A stretch of 64,000 nucleotides of DNA from a virus. Below, piece by piece: positions 1 through 12,600 of this stretch. The position numbers and the translations under genes are program-made. How positions within the stretch are numbered: position 1 is the stretch's first letter; each line of letters begins with the position of its first letter. Where the stretch lies: positions 1-64,000 of the IMG/VR virus record IMGVR_UViG_3300025138_009100, one strand, 5' to 3'. The notes beneath the pieces were generated by a model. That model made no database searches, was not told the DNA's origin, and worked only from the letters and a program-made list of their open reading frames with translations.

Positions 1-1
1 A

Positions 2-634
2 GATCAAGCCAAGGAGGATGAAGACAAGAGAAGAAAATCGGAAAAAGATCTACAAGAGGCAGATTCAGCAGACGTTAAAGTTGGTAAAGGTGGAAAAGTG
101 TATGTCGATGGAGAGGAAGTGAAGGAGTTTGCAAGAGGTGGAGCAGTCTATGCCAGTCGCGGCATGTTTATTCCTCGCGGTACAGATACAGTACCGGCTA
201 TGCTCACGCCCGGCGAGTTTGTTGTAAATCGAGCTTCTGTACAAAGAGGTAATAACCTACAAGTACTACAAGCCATGAATGGAAACAGCGCAGCAGCCGC
301 TCCTGCTCAGGGGATGTCTAAGGGCGGTCCTGTCTACATGGATGGCGGAGGTACAGTACCATCTACTCCAGATATGACTGCTATGTTCAAAACGTTTGAG
401 TCTTCTGCGAGAATGTTTAATGACGCTGTAACCAAACTAGCTGGATTTAAATTAAACATCCAGTTAGATCCAACAAACGTGAATGTAAATCTTAACGGTG
501 GAACATTCTTAAATCAAATGAAAAAAGAACTTAAAGACGAACTACTTGTGATAGTTAGCGAAAGAATTAGAGGGTCAAGCTTTGACTTTACTGGTGACAT
601 AAACATGGACCCGTACACTCAAAACTTATCTTAA
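2..634 (+). CDS. Tail tape-measure protein, C-terminal part (5' partial)
   Basis: The frame is open from position 2 (DQAKEDEDKRR...) into the 98..634 ORF. It contains FARGG and RGTDTVPAMLTPGEFVVNR, typical of tape-measure C-termini, and is followed by tail-like genes. Confidence 0.75.
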   Translation, partial: DQAKEDEDKRRKSEKDLQEADSADVKVGKGGKVYVDGEEVKEFARGGAVYASRGMFIPRGTDTVPAMLTPGEFVVNRASVQRGNNLQVLQAMNGNSAAAAPAQGMSKGGPVYMDGGGTVPSTPDMTAMFKTFESSARMFNDAVTKLAGFKLNIQLDPTNVNVNLNGGTFLNQMKKELKDELLVIVSERIRGSSFDFTGDINMDPYTQNLS

Positions 635-653
635 ATGCCATCAAGGACAAACA

Positions 654-3600
654 ATGAAATCTTGTGAAACAATTTCGGTTACAATGGAGGGCGTAGGATC
701 TTTTAATTCTACGGCCAGTGTTGATTTAGGCGCATCTCAAGAATTAATTGGTAAAGGAAGTATAACTTCTCCAGACATAGAGAAAATATGTACTTCTAAA
801 AAATTAATAACAACTGCTATCGGGTCTGGTCCTCTTTACGACATAACTATTGATGAAGATATTGAAGATCATCACAGAAGTTATTTTGACGATAATACTA
901 TACCAGTAGAAGCTGTAATAGAGTATGACAGAACATTAGAAAAACCAGAAATATTAAAAGCTCTTTTGGGCGGAGAGCAGTTTTGGTTATCACCCAGTCT
1001 GTACGATCCTAATTATGAAATACAACAGGATTATCTAGAATATCTCTTCACGCGAGGAGAAAATCAAAACGTCACCAGAATTCTTAAATCTAAATTAAGC
1101 GGCGATGGCTCTAGGCTCGCCGTCCTTGTTGACAAAGATTTAGACTCCGATAGTAAATATTACATACGATTATTTATCTTTCAAAGGTCGGGAGATCGTT
1201 GGACTCGCATTGAGAATATAAAAGTCCGCGAAGACACATTACACATAAATGAATACTACGGTCAAAGAAACACGCTTCCTTCTATAGATATAGACTATGA
1301 TGGAGATACAGTAGTTTTATGCGACCCTCAAGAATTGGAGGGTATTGGGCAACTTAAAATTTACAGACTCGACACTACAACTAATAAATATTTGTCTATA
1401 GACGGAGATTTAATTATAGGTAGTTATAGTATTTTCAATTCCAGAGTCAGGGTTGGTCCAGATGTTTCTATTAGTGACGACGGAGAAATAGTTGCTGTTT
1501 CTGAAAGGGAGCCTACCTCATCTATATACTTCGGGGGTAATGTTTTAGTATACAAAAGAAACTCTAGTACGGAAATTTGGGAGCAGCTTGGAGTAAAACT
1601 TTCTCAACAGACTGGAAGATACGCTAGAATAAATACTTTTGGAGAAAAGATATGTCTTTCTAGTGACGGGTTGAGGCTCATTGTTCTTGTTTTAGATACC
1701 GATAATTATTATTATAGTACTTCAGAATCCGTAAAAACTAAGATCAATGTTTACGACTATCAGGATTCTTCTTGGGTCAAAACAAAGGTTCTTGACTCAT
1801 TTAAAATTGATCCCGGAGAGGGAGCGATAGATACAACAGACAATTACAATTTTGATGAAGATGGATACAGACAGGAGTCTTGGACTCCTGCTTTTGATAT
1901 TTCTATAAGTAGTGACGGAAGTACAGTCGCTTTTGGTGCTACAGACCCATACCAAGACGTAGCTTATTCAGAGGCTCGTTCTGGAAAAGTTGAAATCTGG
2001 AAAGAAGGTTCTGGTGACTGGGAAAGTTTAATCATAGAACCTGATTATATTAGAGAAAGAAATGATTTTGAACGATTTGACCCAGTTTCACTAGGGCGTA
2101 TTATACAACTATCAAACGACGGAAACAAAGTATTGATAGCCCAGAGTCAGGCTGCTTGTATATATGAATATAGCTTAGATGGTCCTTCTATTGTAAGCGG
2201 GAGCGCAAATATTATAATTGGCGATAATGATATTGCCTCTAGCTTTTTCTCGGAAGATAATTTTGATTCTTTTATAATTGGTTCTACTACTGAAAATCGT
2301 GGTAAATTTGGTTTTGATAAAACTACCTATAACGTAAACGAGGGCGCAGGCTCTGTAGAGCTAACGATTGTTCGCACAGAAGGGTTTAAGGGAAAAGTTT
2401 CTGTTTCCTATCAAACTGTTTCAGACACCGCTATTGCCAATGAGGATTTTATACCCAAGAATTCTGTTATTACATTTGCAGAAGGAGAAACGCAAAAGAA
2501 AATAAATATTAAAATAATAGACGACTCCGATATAGAGGGTGAACATCAATTTAGTGTCAAAATAACCGACGTGTCGGTGTTGCAAGAGCCAACTTATTTT
2601 GTTGTTGGTCAGACAACTCTGGAGGGATGGGTTAAAGTTTCTCAGATAGACACCTTTTATTGTCCTGCTATAACATTTAATGATAATGTCGCAAGAACAT
2701 TTTCTTCAAATTTTCTGATTACCGACGTGTCTATGAGTCAAGATGGGTCGTATGTAAATATTTTGAAGAATAATTGGTTTTGGGACGAGTACCATAATTA
2801 TGGAGATGACTCTTTCAGTAATGTTATTTACAAGGTTGATTACACAAGGCCGCTTAATAAACTTGATTATGACACACTGGGTTCAAATTATATAAATTGG
2901 AATCAAGCGCACATATCCTGTAAAAATATACTTCAAAACGGGACAACTCCTATACATCCAGACTCTGTTCAGGATTATAGATCTATAGACTGCCTCCATG
3001 ACGCAGGGGTACGCACAGCAGGGCAATCCGACCATTCCATAGGTCGAGTTTTAGCTGCGGACCACCAGTCTATTGAAGAAAATATGACTTTTTCTTTCTT
3101 TATTAATGGAGAATTTGAAGGAACTCTATTAAGATTAGTTGAAGATCAGAAAAGTGTAAACGATATCTTGATAAAGTTAAAAAATAATAGTTCGCAGGAA
3201 TCTTCTAATACTGTAGAAGTACAGGTTTATGACTCACAATTTTTATCCAACGACCCTCACAAAAGCCACATATTACGAGGACTAACTCAAGCTCAAAATT
3301 CAACAACCGAGATAAAAAGTCCAAGTTACGATTCTTCTTGGAATCACTATGTTATAACTATTGACTCTACGTCTATCTCTCCTAGCATTAAGGTTTATGA
3401 AAACGGAGAGTTTATATCTTCCACCCCGCTTAAAGTAAAGTTAACACCTTGTTTTGGTGCTTATCTTGAATTATATGACGGCCAACGCTGCATAGATGAC
3501 AATGCAGGTTGTGATTCTGTTGATAATAAGTACCTTGCTTTTGACGACATAAGAATATTTAACAGAGAAATATCCAGAGATGAAGTAAAACTACTTGCTA

Positions 3601-6600
3601 GTCACAGAAAAAGAGTCACGTTAAACGAAATATATTATTATGACTATTTAGGTGATAGCAATGGAACATTTTCTTTAGAGTATAATAGATCTACTTATAC
3701 AGATACTCCGATAAATAAATTTTGCGTGAATAATGTTATTGACGAGTGCGGAACTATAGACTGTGTTATTGACGCTAGAATTAGTTTCTGCTACAATTCT
3801 AATCTTCCAAATATAGTTCCTGTTTTTGGGTTATATGCAAGCGGAATAAGCGGCCTAGGGTTTATTGAAGGTAATTCTCCTCCACGTCTCCAAATAGAAC
3901 AGTATCATTCAAAAGAACTAGAAGGTGTAGGAAGAATATTCACAGAGGGTGCTGTAGGTCAATATAGTCTGACACAAAAAATATCAGGCATCTCTGATTT
4001 ATCTACGGGGTTTGCTGACAAGTATAACGGTGACTTCTTTGATTTATCTTGTGTTCAGAAGCTTTATCCTTCCAGTGATATTTCTAGCATAGGTTTTGTA
4101 AGCTCTGAGGGCGAAAATACGCTGTTCCCTCGAATAGACGAAGGTGTATACGAAGGTGACTGGAAGATAGATAGCACTAGAATTTCTGACGACTCTCAAT
4201 CTTACATACAGCTAATTGCACCTGATACAGAGGGTAGTTTTTCCTATAAGTGTGGAATGACTAATACTCTAGTAGACCCAGAAGATTCAGTTATTAAATT
4301 TAGACTGTCTGGTCCAACCTCTACGTTTGACTGCGGTGTTCCTCCTAAATATACAATAAGCAATATTAAACTAGAAGACCCGCAAGGAACACTAATAGTA
4401 CAATATGAAGATATAATTTTTATTGGCGACTCTGACTTTACAAATGATATAAACTACACAACTGTTGTTCGTCAGGAAAAAATAAATAATGTCAAAGGTT
4501 TTTATAGATGGGGCGATAATTATCCTACTCTAGATAGTGGTAACGCCCCTAATGGGTTTTCATTATCGTTTGATATTGACGCTGAAGATCCCGGCGCAGA
4601 GTTTACTCTGGGGTATAATCAAGCATTCAAAGAAAGCACGACTAGAAGCTCTCTTGGTCAATTGAACCCCGCCCTAAGAATATCTGCAATAGAAATTTGC
4701 AGTAGCGGCAGACTGTCTAATTATCAAGAAGAATACATAAACTTAATGACACCAGTTGTTGATACTGGTAGAAGAATTGAGAAGTGTTTTCATCCTACAT
4801 TCTTCCCTAAATTTGATTTTGACACTGGTGTTTGGCCGTCAGTTAGTAGTGTTTGGTATGCTAACGGAGACGCATCTCTCTCCAACCAAAGTTCACAAGG
4901 GTCTATACAGCTACTAGAAAACATTAGAGATTCAGAAGATACCACGTTTGCTACTTTACATTCTATGGGTTCCATAGAAAATTCTGGTAAATTAACGCTA
5001 AGGTTCGGCTATTCACCAACCTCTCAACAGCAAGTTGAAGCTGGGTCTTTTTCTGACGCTTTCGGTGAGGGTAGGAACAAAAGAGATAATATTTGGTTTA
5101 GTCCTCTTGGCGCTTTCTCTGGCTTGACTACTACAGATCAAGACATTGATCATAATTATTTTGAGTTTGATTCTATAACACTTAAAGTTAGAGCTAAAAA
5201 ATCGAGCGGCAGTAGAGATTACGTATTAGACGTTGTTGGATATAGTGATGACTGTCTAATTAACGTCACCCCTGCTGTTGGCGGATTTTTACAAAATACT
5301 TCCGGCGTGATTTTACCAGACCATTCAGATGATAGTCTAGTGTTCTATGGTAATACCGGAAGTATACCTACAACATCAGGATTTAAAGACGTAGACGATC
5401 TAGGTTTATCCACTGAGCCATTTTCTAACAAAGATGAATACTTTGAATCTAGCACAACAAACAACGATGGTGGAGATCACTATCTTTTAACAACTTATCC
5501 TACAGTTACGTCTACTGATTTTGAATGGTACGAGATTCCACTGAAAGTTTACGATGATAACGTTGATCTAGGAGCTTCAAGAAAATACAACCTAAGCTCT
5601 TTACTTGAAAGATTATATTTAGACATCTATCCACTCCCAACTGGCGCTGCTATATCTAACATTCATCTGTGCGTTAGATATGCTCCTCAGAATGCATTCA
5701 ATTTAATGTCTCAAGGTGGAGAGAGAATACGTAGCATACAAGACGGAAGAACAGAAGGGTCTTACTATCCTACGTCAAGACAGTCTAACGACCAAATGCT
5801 TAACGCAGGTTCTGGACTCTCTCCTTTGTCTTATATATCTGGAATACCTCAAGCCTTTACTACTCCTGATAGTATTAAATCAAATTACTCCAGAAGATGG
5901 AGAGGCATGGAGGGTACTGTTCAAGGTCCGTATGACGTGGATCAATTTGGGTTTGGTTTCTCTAACCCTCTGTTAGATTATCCCTTCTTGTCTGGTTTCT
6001 ATCTCTTTGAAGATAACTCAACCTCAATTAAACCCGTCGTTGGCGGCCTAGAGGGAACTCTTACCACTTCGTACAATAACTTCCACTTTACAAATATAGG
6101 TTGGAGATTTTCTAATAGCGGGATATTTGAAGATCAAAAACCGGGATACTCTTCTGCTCACACCACTACGGATTGGACCTCACTATCTAATGGTAGTAAT
6201 AATCTTCAGGGACATGAGTTGTACGGCCAAATAGCAGATGCTTTCAAACATGCTGTTAGAATTTCTGGCGATAACTCCTTTATTAACTTTGGGAATACCC
6301 ACTACGGAACAGAAGGAGACCAAGGACTTTCTGTCTATATGAGATTTACGCCTGATATTAATGTGTCTGGAACTAATTACGACTGTTTTGAAAGCGGCGT
6401 ACTTGTTTCTAAGTGGGATGCCGGTCAGGACATGGAGTTTACTCTCGCTTATTCTGGTGGGTATTTAGCAGCAAGAGCTAAAGATTCGCAAACAGGTAAC
6501 ATCAAAGAAGTTTACGATACTGTACCTTATTCTGGATATCAGTTTCCACTAAGTGTTATCATGACTTACAATGATGACGAAAGCCAAAAATTAAAATTAT

Positions 6601-9600
6601 ATACCGACAACGAATTTGAATCTGACTGGAATGTTCTTCGTGGTTCATCAGATTCGTTTTATATTGACACTAACAGTAGTGATTTGAGAGTTGGGTACTG
6701 CCCGTCTTCTGGTGTTGGTTTTAATATGTTCTTGTTTGAGTTTGGTCTTTCATCTGGAAATATTGTCGAGTCAAATCCTGACGCTACACATAAAGAAGTT
6801 ACTGCTCAAAAATTCTTTGAAAACAATAGAGTTTACTGGTCTGACGAAAAAGAGGGAGTCGCTAACGACACTTCTAAACTTTGGGATTATGTAAATGAAA
6901 ATACATATAGCGATTGGCATATAGGCGCGTTTAAGCATTGTTACTTTAATTTTGAGTTTGATAATCTTGGAAGTAGAACTGGTAAGCGAACTAACAGGGA
7001 TTTAATTAATTTTAATATAAATCATCATGGCTCAGGGTATTCTCAGTATGCAACCCTAGAAATGCCTACAAGTATAGACTCTGGAGTTTCTTATCATACT
7101 CAAATAGAAAACGATTTTCTTAGGTTTCACCTAAGTGATACTCCTGATAATTTTTACTCAGCTTATCCTAGAGTTAGTAAAAACTTACCTCATGGATACA
7201 ACTTTGCAGAAAAAGCCTTAGTTGTAGAAACAATACTTGATCATAAATCTGATAGTCATAATATTGTATGGGAAGACGGTAGCGTCGGACCTAAACTTAT
7301 AGTAAGTCTCTATACAAAGAATCAAGAACCAGAGCATCCTTTGGTTGAGCCATTCACAGAGCCTAACTGGGGCCTTGTGAATAGAGCTATACATTATCTA
7401 CCACCTTCTAGCTGCTTGATGAGATTTGACAGTACGTTCAACTATGATGATTATTGTGATGATTCTGAACAGTGGGCGCTATTCCCGCATGAGCCAAGAT
7501 TAACAGAGTTGACAGAGAAGTATTTCTCTAAAGATGTTGACGATATGTTTTTGCAATATGATTTGGTGTATCCATCTGGCCCAGCTTTTGATTCTCGTAT
7601 TGATATGCACACATGTCATGTGAGAGCAGAAGACGCTTTTGTAAATGCGACTGCTAATTCTGGAAGCTTTAATTTATATGCTAGTGGCGATCCTAGCCCT
7701 GTAGTCAATAGTTTAGATCTACATCTATTTAGTACTTCTGGTATGGAAGATTCCGGTTGGGGTCCAGCAAGTGGTCTTAACTTGGTAACACTTGGGCCAG
7801 TGAACGTTAGCGACTCTGGTTTTATACTGTATGCTAGTGGCGAAACAATTTCTACAGGCGCTTTATCTGCGTTTATTGACGGTCACATTTTAATTAAAGA
7901 ATCTGGCTTTAACTTAATCGCTTCTGGTGACGGTAGAACTTGGACTTCTTACCCTCCTGCGGGTGATGGTGTTGTCGGAGGGATGATTGTTGGCGAAGAA
8001 TTTGTTGTTGGCGCTGCTCCAACGATTCCTCCCTTGCCGATGTTCGTGTATGGAAAAGGAGTTGAAAGCGGCATATTACCATTAGTTGTTAATAACAATG
8101 AATCAGCATCTTCTCCAGATGGCCCTGTTCTTCCGCTGTCACTATTTCCTTCAAACCCCGGCTCTGGTGGTATACGTGACTTCATGCCAGTATATATGTT
8201 GCAAAACTTTGCGAATGAGCCGGGACCAAGATCTGGAACTTTGGATCTAAGTATTATTGGCGCTGCCGCACTTTCTTCTAGATACAGAAACGCATCTACA
8301 AACCTGTCTTTACGCGCACCAGATCAGCTACCTCTTCTAGAAAAAATGAATATCACTTTATATGGTGATAATTTATCAGAAGTTGTTTCTACTGGTAGTT
8401 TAAATTTGTTTAGTTCAAATTACACTGGATTTAATACACCGTTTTATCTTTGGTATAATAATAACTACGGAACTGGAATAACACTTCAAGACAATCAGAT
8501 TGCTAGCGTTGATGTAGGCGATGAAATTCGCGGCGTTGACCTGTTTGGTTACGGGTCATGCACTGGTGACAGTCCTAGAAAAGCAGTAGACTCTGCGTTA
8601 ATTACAGACGATACTATCTGGAGACCAGAAACATGCAATGAAGGCGGTATATTCAGAGCTACTCAGACTTATACAAATTTGAGTGCTGGATATAGCGGAA
8701 ATTATTACGGTATAAGAAAACTACAAGGTCTTATTCCAGACGCTCCATATATTACAACCCTTAAAATAACAACGGGGTCTACAGAGGCTATTAAAGTACC
8801 TAGAGATTGGGAAGAATGGGAGTATGGAACCTGTGGGCCAGATACGATTGGCGGTTGTTGTCCAGATGACCCTTGCTCCAGAAATATAAACTTTAGTGGA
8901 ATCAAGTTGATTGGCGACTACCCCTATCTAAGCGGTCAGCCTGCCCTTTATGATTCTAGCTCTAGGCTGGCTGGAGACAATTATGGACGATCCGTAGCAG
9001 TCAAGAAAGACCTAATGGTAGTGGGCGCTCCAAAGCATAAAATATATGACGAAAGAGGTGATCTATTAAATGACGCTGGTGCTGTATTCTTGTATAGAAG
9101 AGACGAAGATCTTGCAGGACTAAAAGCAGATTGGGCGTTAGAGGAGAAGATAATACTTCCTTCTGGGTATAGACAAGACTACATCAGTGAAACATATCAA
9201 AACCTTCTATGCTATCCTAACAACTTAGCTAAAGAGTTCTGTATTTCTGGTCAACAGTGGAATATAGGTCAACAGGGTAGAGAGTTTGGTCACTCGTTAG
9301 ACTTGGCAAGCAGTGGAGACAGAGAAACACTTGTAGTTGGTGCGCCGGGAGCTTATTGGAACAGGACATTTGAAGACATTGTTGTTTCAGGTGTGCCTGT
9401 ATTTATGCTTGTGTTTACCGATAAATTTTCATACAACAAAGAGAAAATTGCCGCTATAGGTAACACTGCTTTAAAATATGATATACTGTACAAATATTTT
9501 TCTGCACCTTGGGTTCTTGATGGGTCTCAGTTCCAACCTGAGCTAGATATAAATGTTCTACTATGTCAAATTTACGATAACGATCAAAAAGACAGCTTAC

Positions 9601-12600
9601 CAAAAGTTAGATCAGATAAACCTTGGTTCCATCACTTATACATAAATAATTTACTTGATGACAATGAAGATCCTGCGGTATTAAAAAACACCGCTTTGAG
9701 TGGAATACAGAAGAAGTTCTTTGAAATGTTCCCTTACGGAGACGCTCTTTATAGCGGTGTTCCTCCTATTGTCGGAGTGTTTGGTGACGATACTCCATCA
9801 ACATTCAATAAAGCTGCATTCCAGCCAGCGCTAGATGAATTTTTGTCTTTCTATCAAGAGTACGCATATGAAAGTGGTATTAAAGACTTAACGAATGACA
9901 CCTCTCAGTCCGGGTATGTTAAGCAGATTTATTCTGATAGTTTTGCTTGGGACAAAGCTTCTGTCAAAATACTTAGTGATACTTTGGCTACCGGAAATTT
10001 ACTCACGCAAAAACAATCTAGATTCCCAGACTACAACTTTACTGGCAATCCAGTTATGAATTATGTAACCAGTGGAGTAGGTCAAGAGTGGGCTAGAAGT
10101 AATTCTTATGAGTTTCAAATTCCGCCAGAATCTGGTGGTCGTGCTTACATCTTTGAAAAAGAGAATGGTAGATTTAACCTTGTGCAAGAGATTGTTTCTC
10201 CTCAAGAAGATTTACAGCTTTTTAGCAGTGATGATTTCGCAGGGGCGATGGACCAGACAGGACTTCCATACGGAACAAAACCAAACGACAGGTTCGGCCA
10301 TTCTGTTTCAATAAGTAACAATTCTGAAGTTGTTACTATTGGATCTCCTTACTCAACAGAAGCTTGCTTAATCTATGAGCGAGACGAAAAAGAAAACACA
10401 AGAATGTATAAGAAGATTAGAGAGTGGTTAGTCTCTAAGTCTTTGGACGAAGAAGTTACAAAGTATGATAATCTCCTAGTTGTGTCTGGAGAGTTACAGG
10501 TACAGAAAGCGACATATAACGAGCTTAATCAAACTAATAAGTTTGCACTAAGAACAGACAAGAGTTTTTGGGGTAAAACTCCTATTAATTTATATAAGAA
10601 AATATTCAAGTACGACTACACAGATATTGCGTATACAGGAACTTGGGGTTTCATTCCTCAAGAATTTGCTGGAACTTCTAGACTTGGTTACAGTACCGCT
10701 ATTAGTGAAGACGGCGGCGTAGCAGCTTTTGGTGCGCCAACAGACTCCTTTAATGAATTTGATGATTATAACGTGTATCACAGGTCAGAGGATACTTGGG
10801 CTTCTTATATGCAAGCTGGAGCGGTTAGGGTATTTGAATCTAGAAGGTATCACCCACACAGTGGTGCTGTTGAGTTCACAAGGTTTGGAAATCTTGACAG
10901 AAGCGTTCATGGTTCTGGAGACATGGCTCAGTTCTACGACCAGATGGGTCTTTATCTCAAGCCTAAGAATATTTCGTTTGAAAGACTTCCGTTTTCCGAG
11001 ATAGAAATACCCGAAAGCGCAGGTCTCGCATTTATCATTACTCCTGAATTAGATGCTGCTAGTGACGAAATTATAGATAATATTAAATCTTGGCTTGCTC
11101 TAGGTGACAGAACTTTAGTTCTGGCTGGTAACGACCCAATCTGGGAAGAGAATGGACTATACTTCGATTCTAATAAAATAGTAAATAAGATTCTTAAAAA
11201 GCTTGGATCAAGAATGAGACTTGTTCCTGCTAGAAATGAATATGAATCATTAGTAGGTGGTGTTTCTGAGTTAGATTATAATAATGATAAATACAATGTA
11301 ACCAAAGCATTTATTCCTGAGTACATACATGATACACATCTAACAAATAATAATATGTTTGCTAGTGGTGTTGCAGATATTAGAATAGATATTTCCGATT
11401 TGGAGTTACAAGATTTACTACTACATTCTCCTTGTGATACAATTAACACAAAGTGTGAGCATACTATTCAGCATCTAGGAGATTTGAGAACACAGTGGAA
11501 CTCTGAGTGTATTGTTGCCGGTACTCCTCCCGGTAAAATAGAATACAAGACAAACTGGCCTTTCCATTTTAATAATCCAAATCCAGCAAGAGGTTGCAGT
11601 TTCTGGCCTCAAAATCCAAAACCTTATGTAGATCGACCGGGAGAGGCAATTAGACCTGTCCTCACGGCTGCTGAACACATAACACCACCACCAGTTATTA
11701 TACCTGCTTCCAGCGGCGAAGATAAAAAATGCACTACCAGTCTTTCTGGGATTATAACGACTACTTATGAAACAAGTACTAAACTCTATGAATTTGCCGA
11801 CACGCAACTTGACGAGTTGGCGTTTTCCATAAGTCAACCCTCTGGATCGTTTCTGTCTGGAATATTTGAAGATTTTACTAGAGGTGAGTTCTTTGACCCA
11901 GAGCCTTTTGAGACTAGAAACTCATTCATGCAAGCCGCAGGTACTTCTTACGAAGTAGATGTTCCTCCTAGTGATTTTGTTGTTTCGCCAGAGAGTGTTT
12001 GGGCCACGGAAGAGTCTTACTACAACAACTCCGTTAACACTAACTCTAAAGTAATACTGTTTGCTTCTATGCAGGCTGAAACAGATTTTGCTGTAGGTAA
12101 GTCAAATAACGCAGGAGAAGATCCTAATAATAAAGATCAAAATATATACTTCTACAACAACCTTGTTTCTCAGGATTGCAATAGCGCTGGAAACATTATT
12201 CAGCTTGGTGGCTGGACGGGAAGAGACTCTTTCAGTTCTGCATTTGCTAATTCGGCAGTAGCCAAGGTCTTAAAACAGGGACAGCATGAAGTTTCTTCTG
12301 GAGTGATATTTACTGAAACTGATTCAATTTCTGTTATACATAATGTCGTCTGGATTGCAGATCCTATCGCCAAACCTTCTGATTCAGATATAAATAGAAT
12401 CAAGAACTGGTTAGATACAGGAGATAAAAAACTCGTAATAACATATTCTAACAGTCAAGAAAAAGCAAACCACGTAGAGTATATTTGTGATAAGTTGGGA
12501 TTGAACACTAAGCCTTACTACTCTAAGGCGAACGGCGCGTATTTTGTTCAGGATACAGATCTGATAGCTCAAGGTAACACTCAAGCTATACCTTATGATA

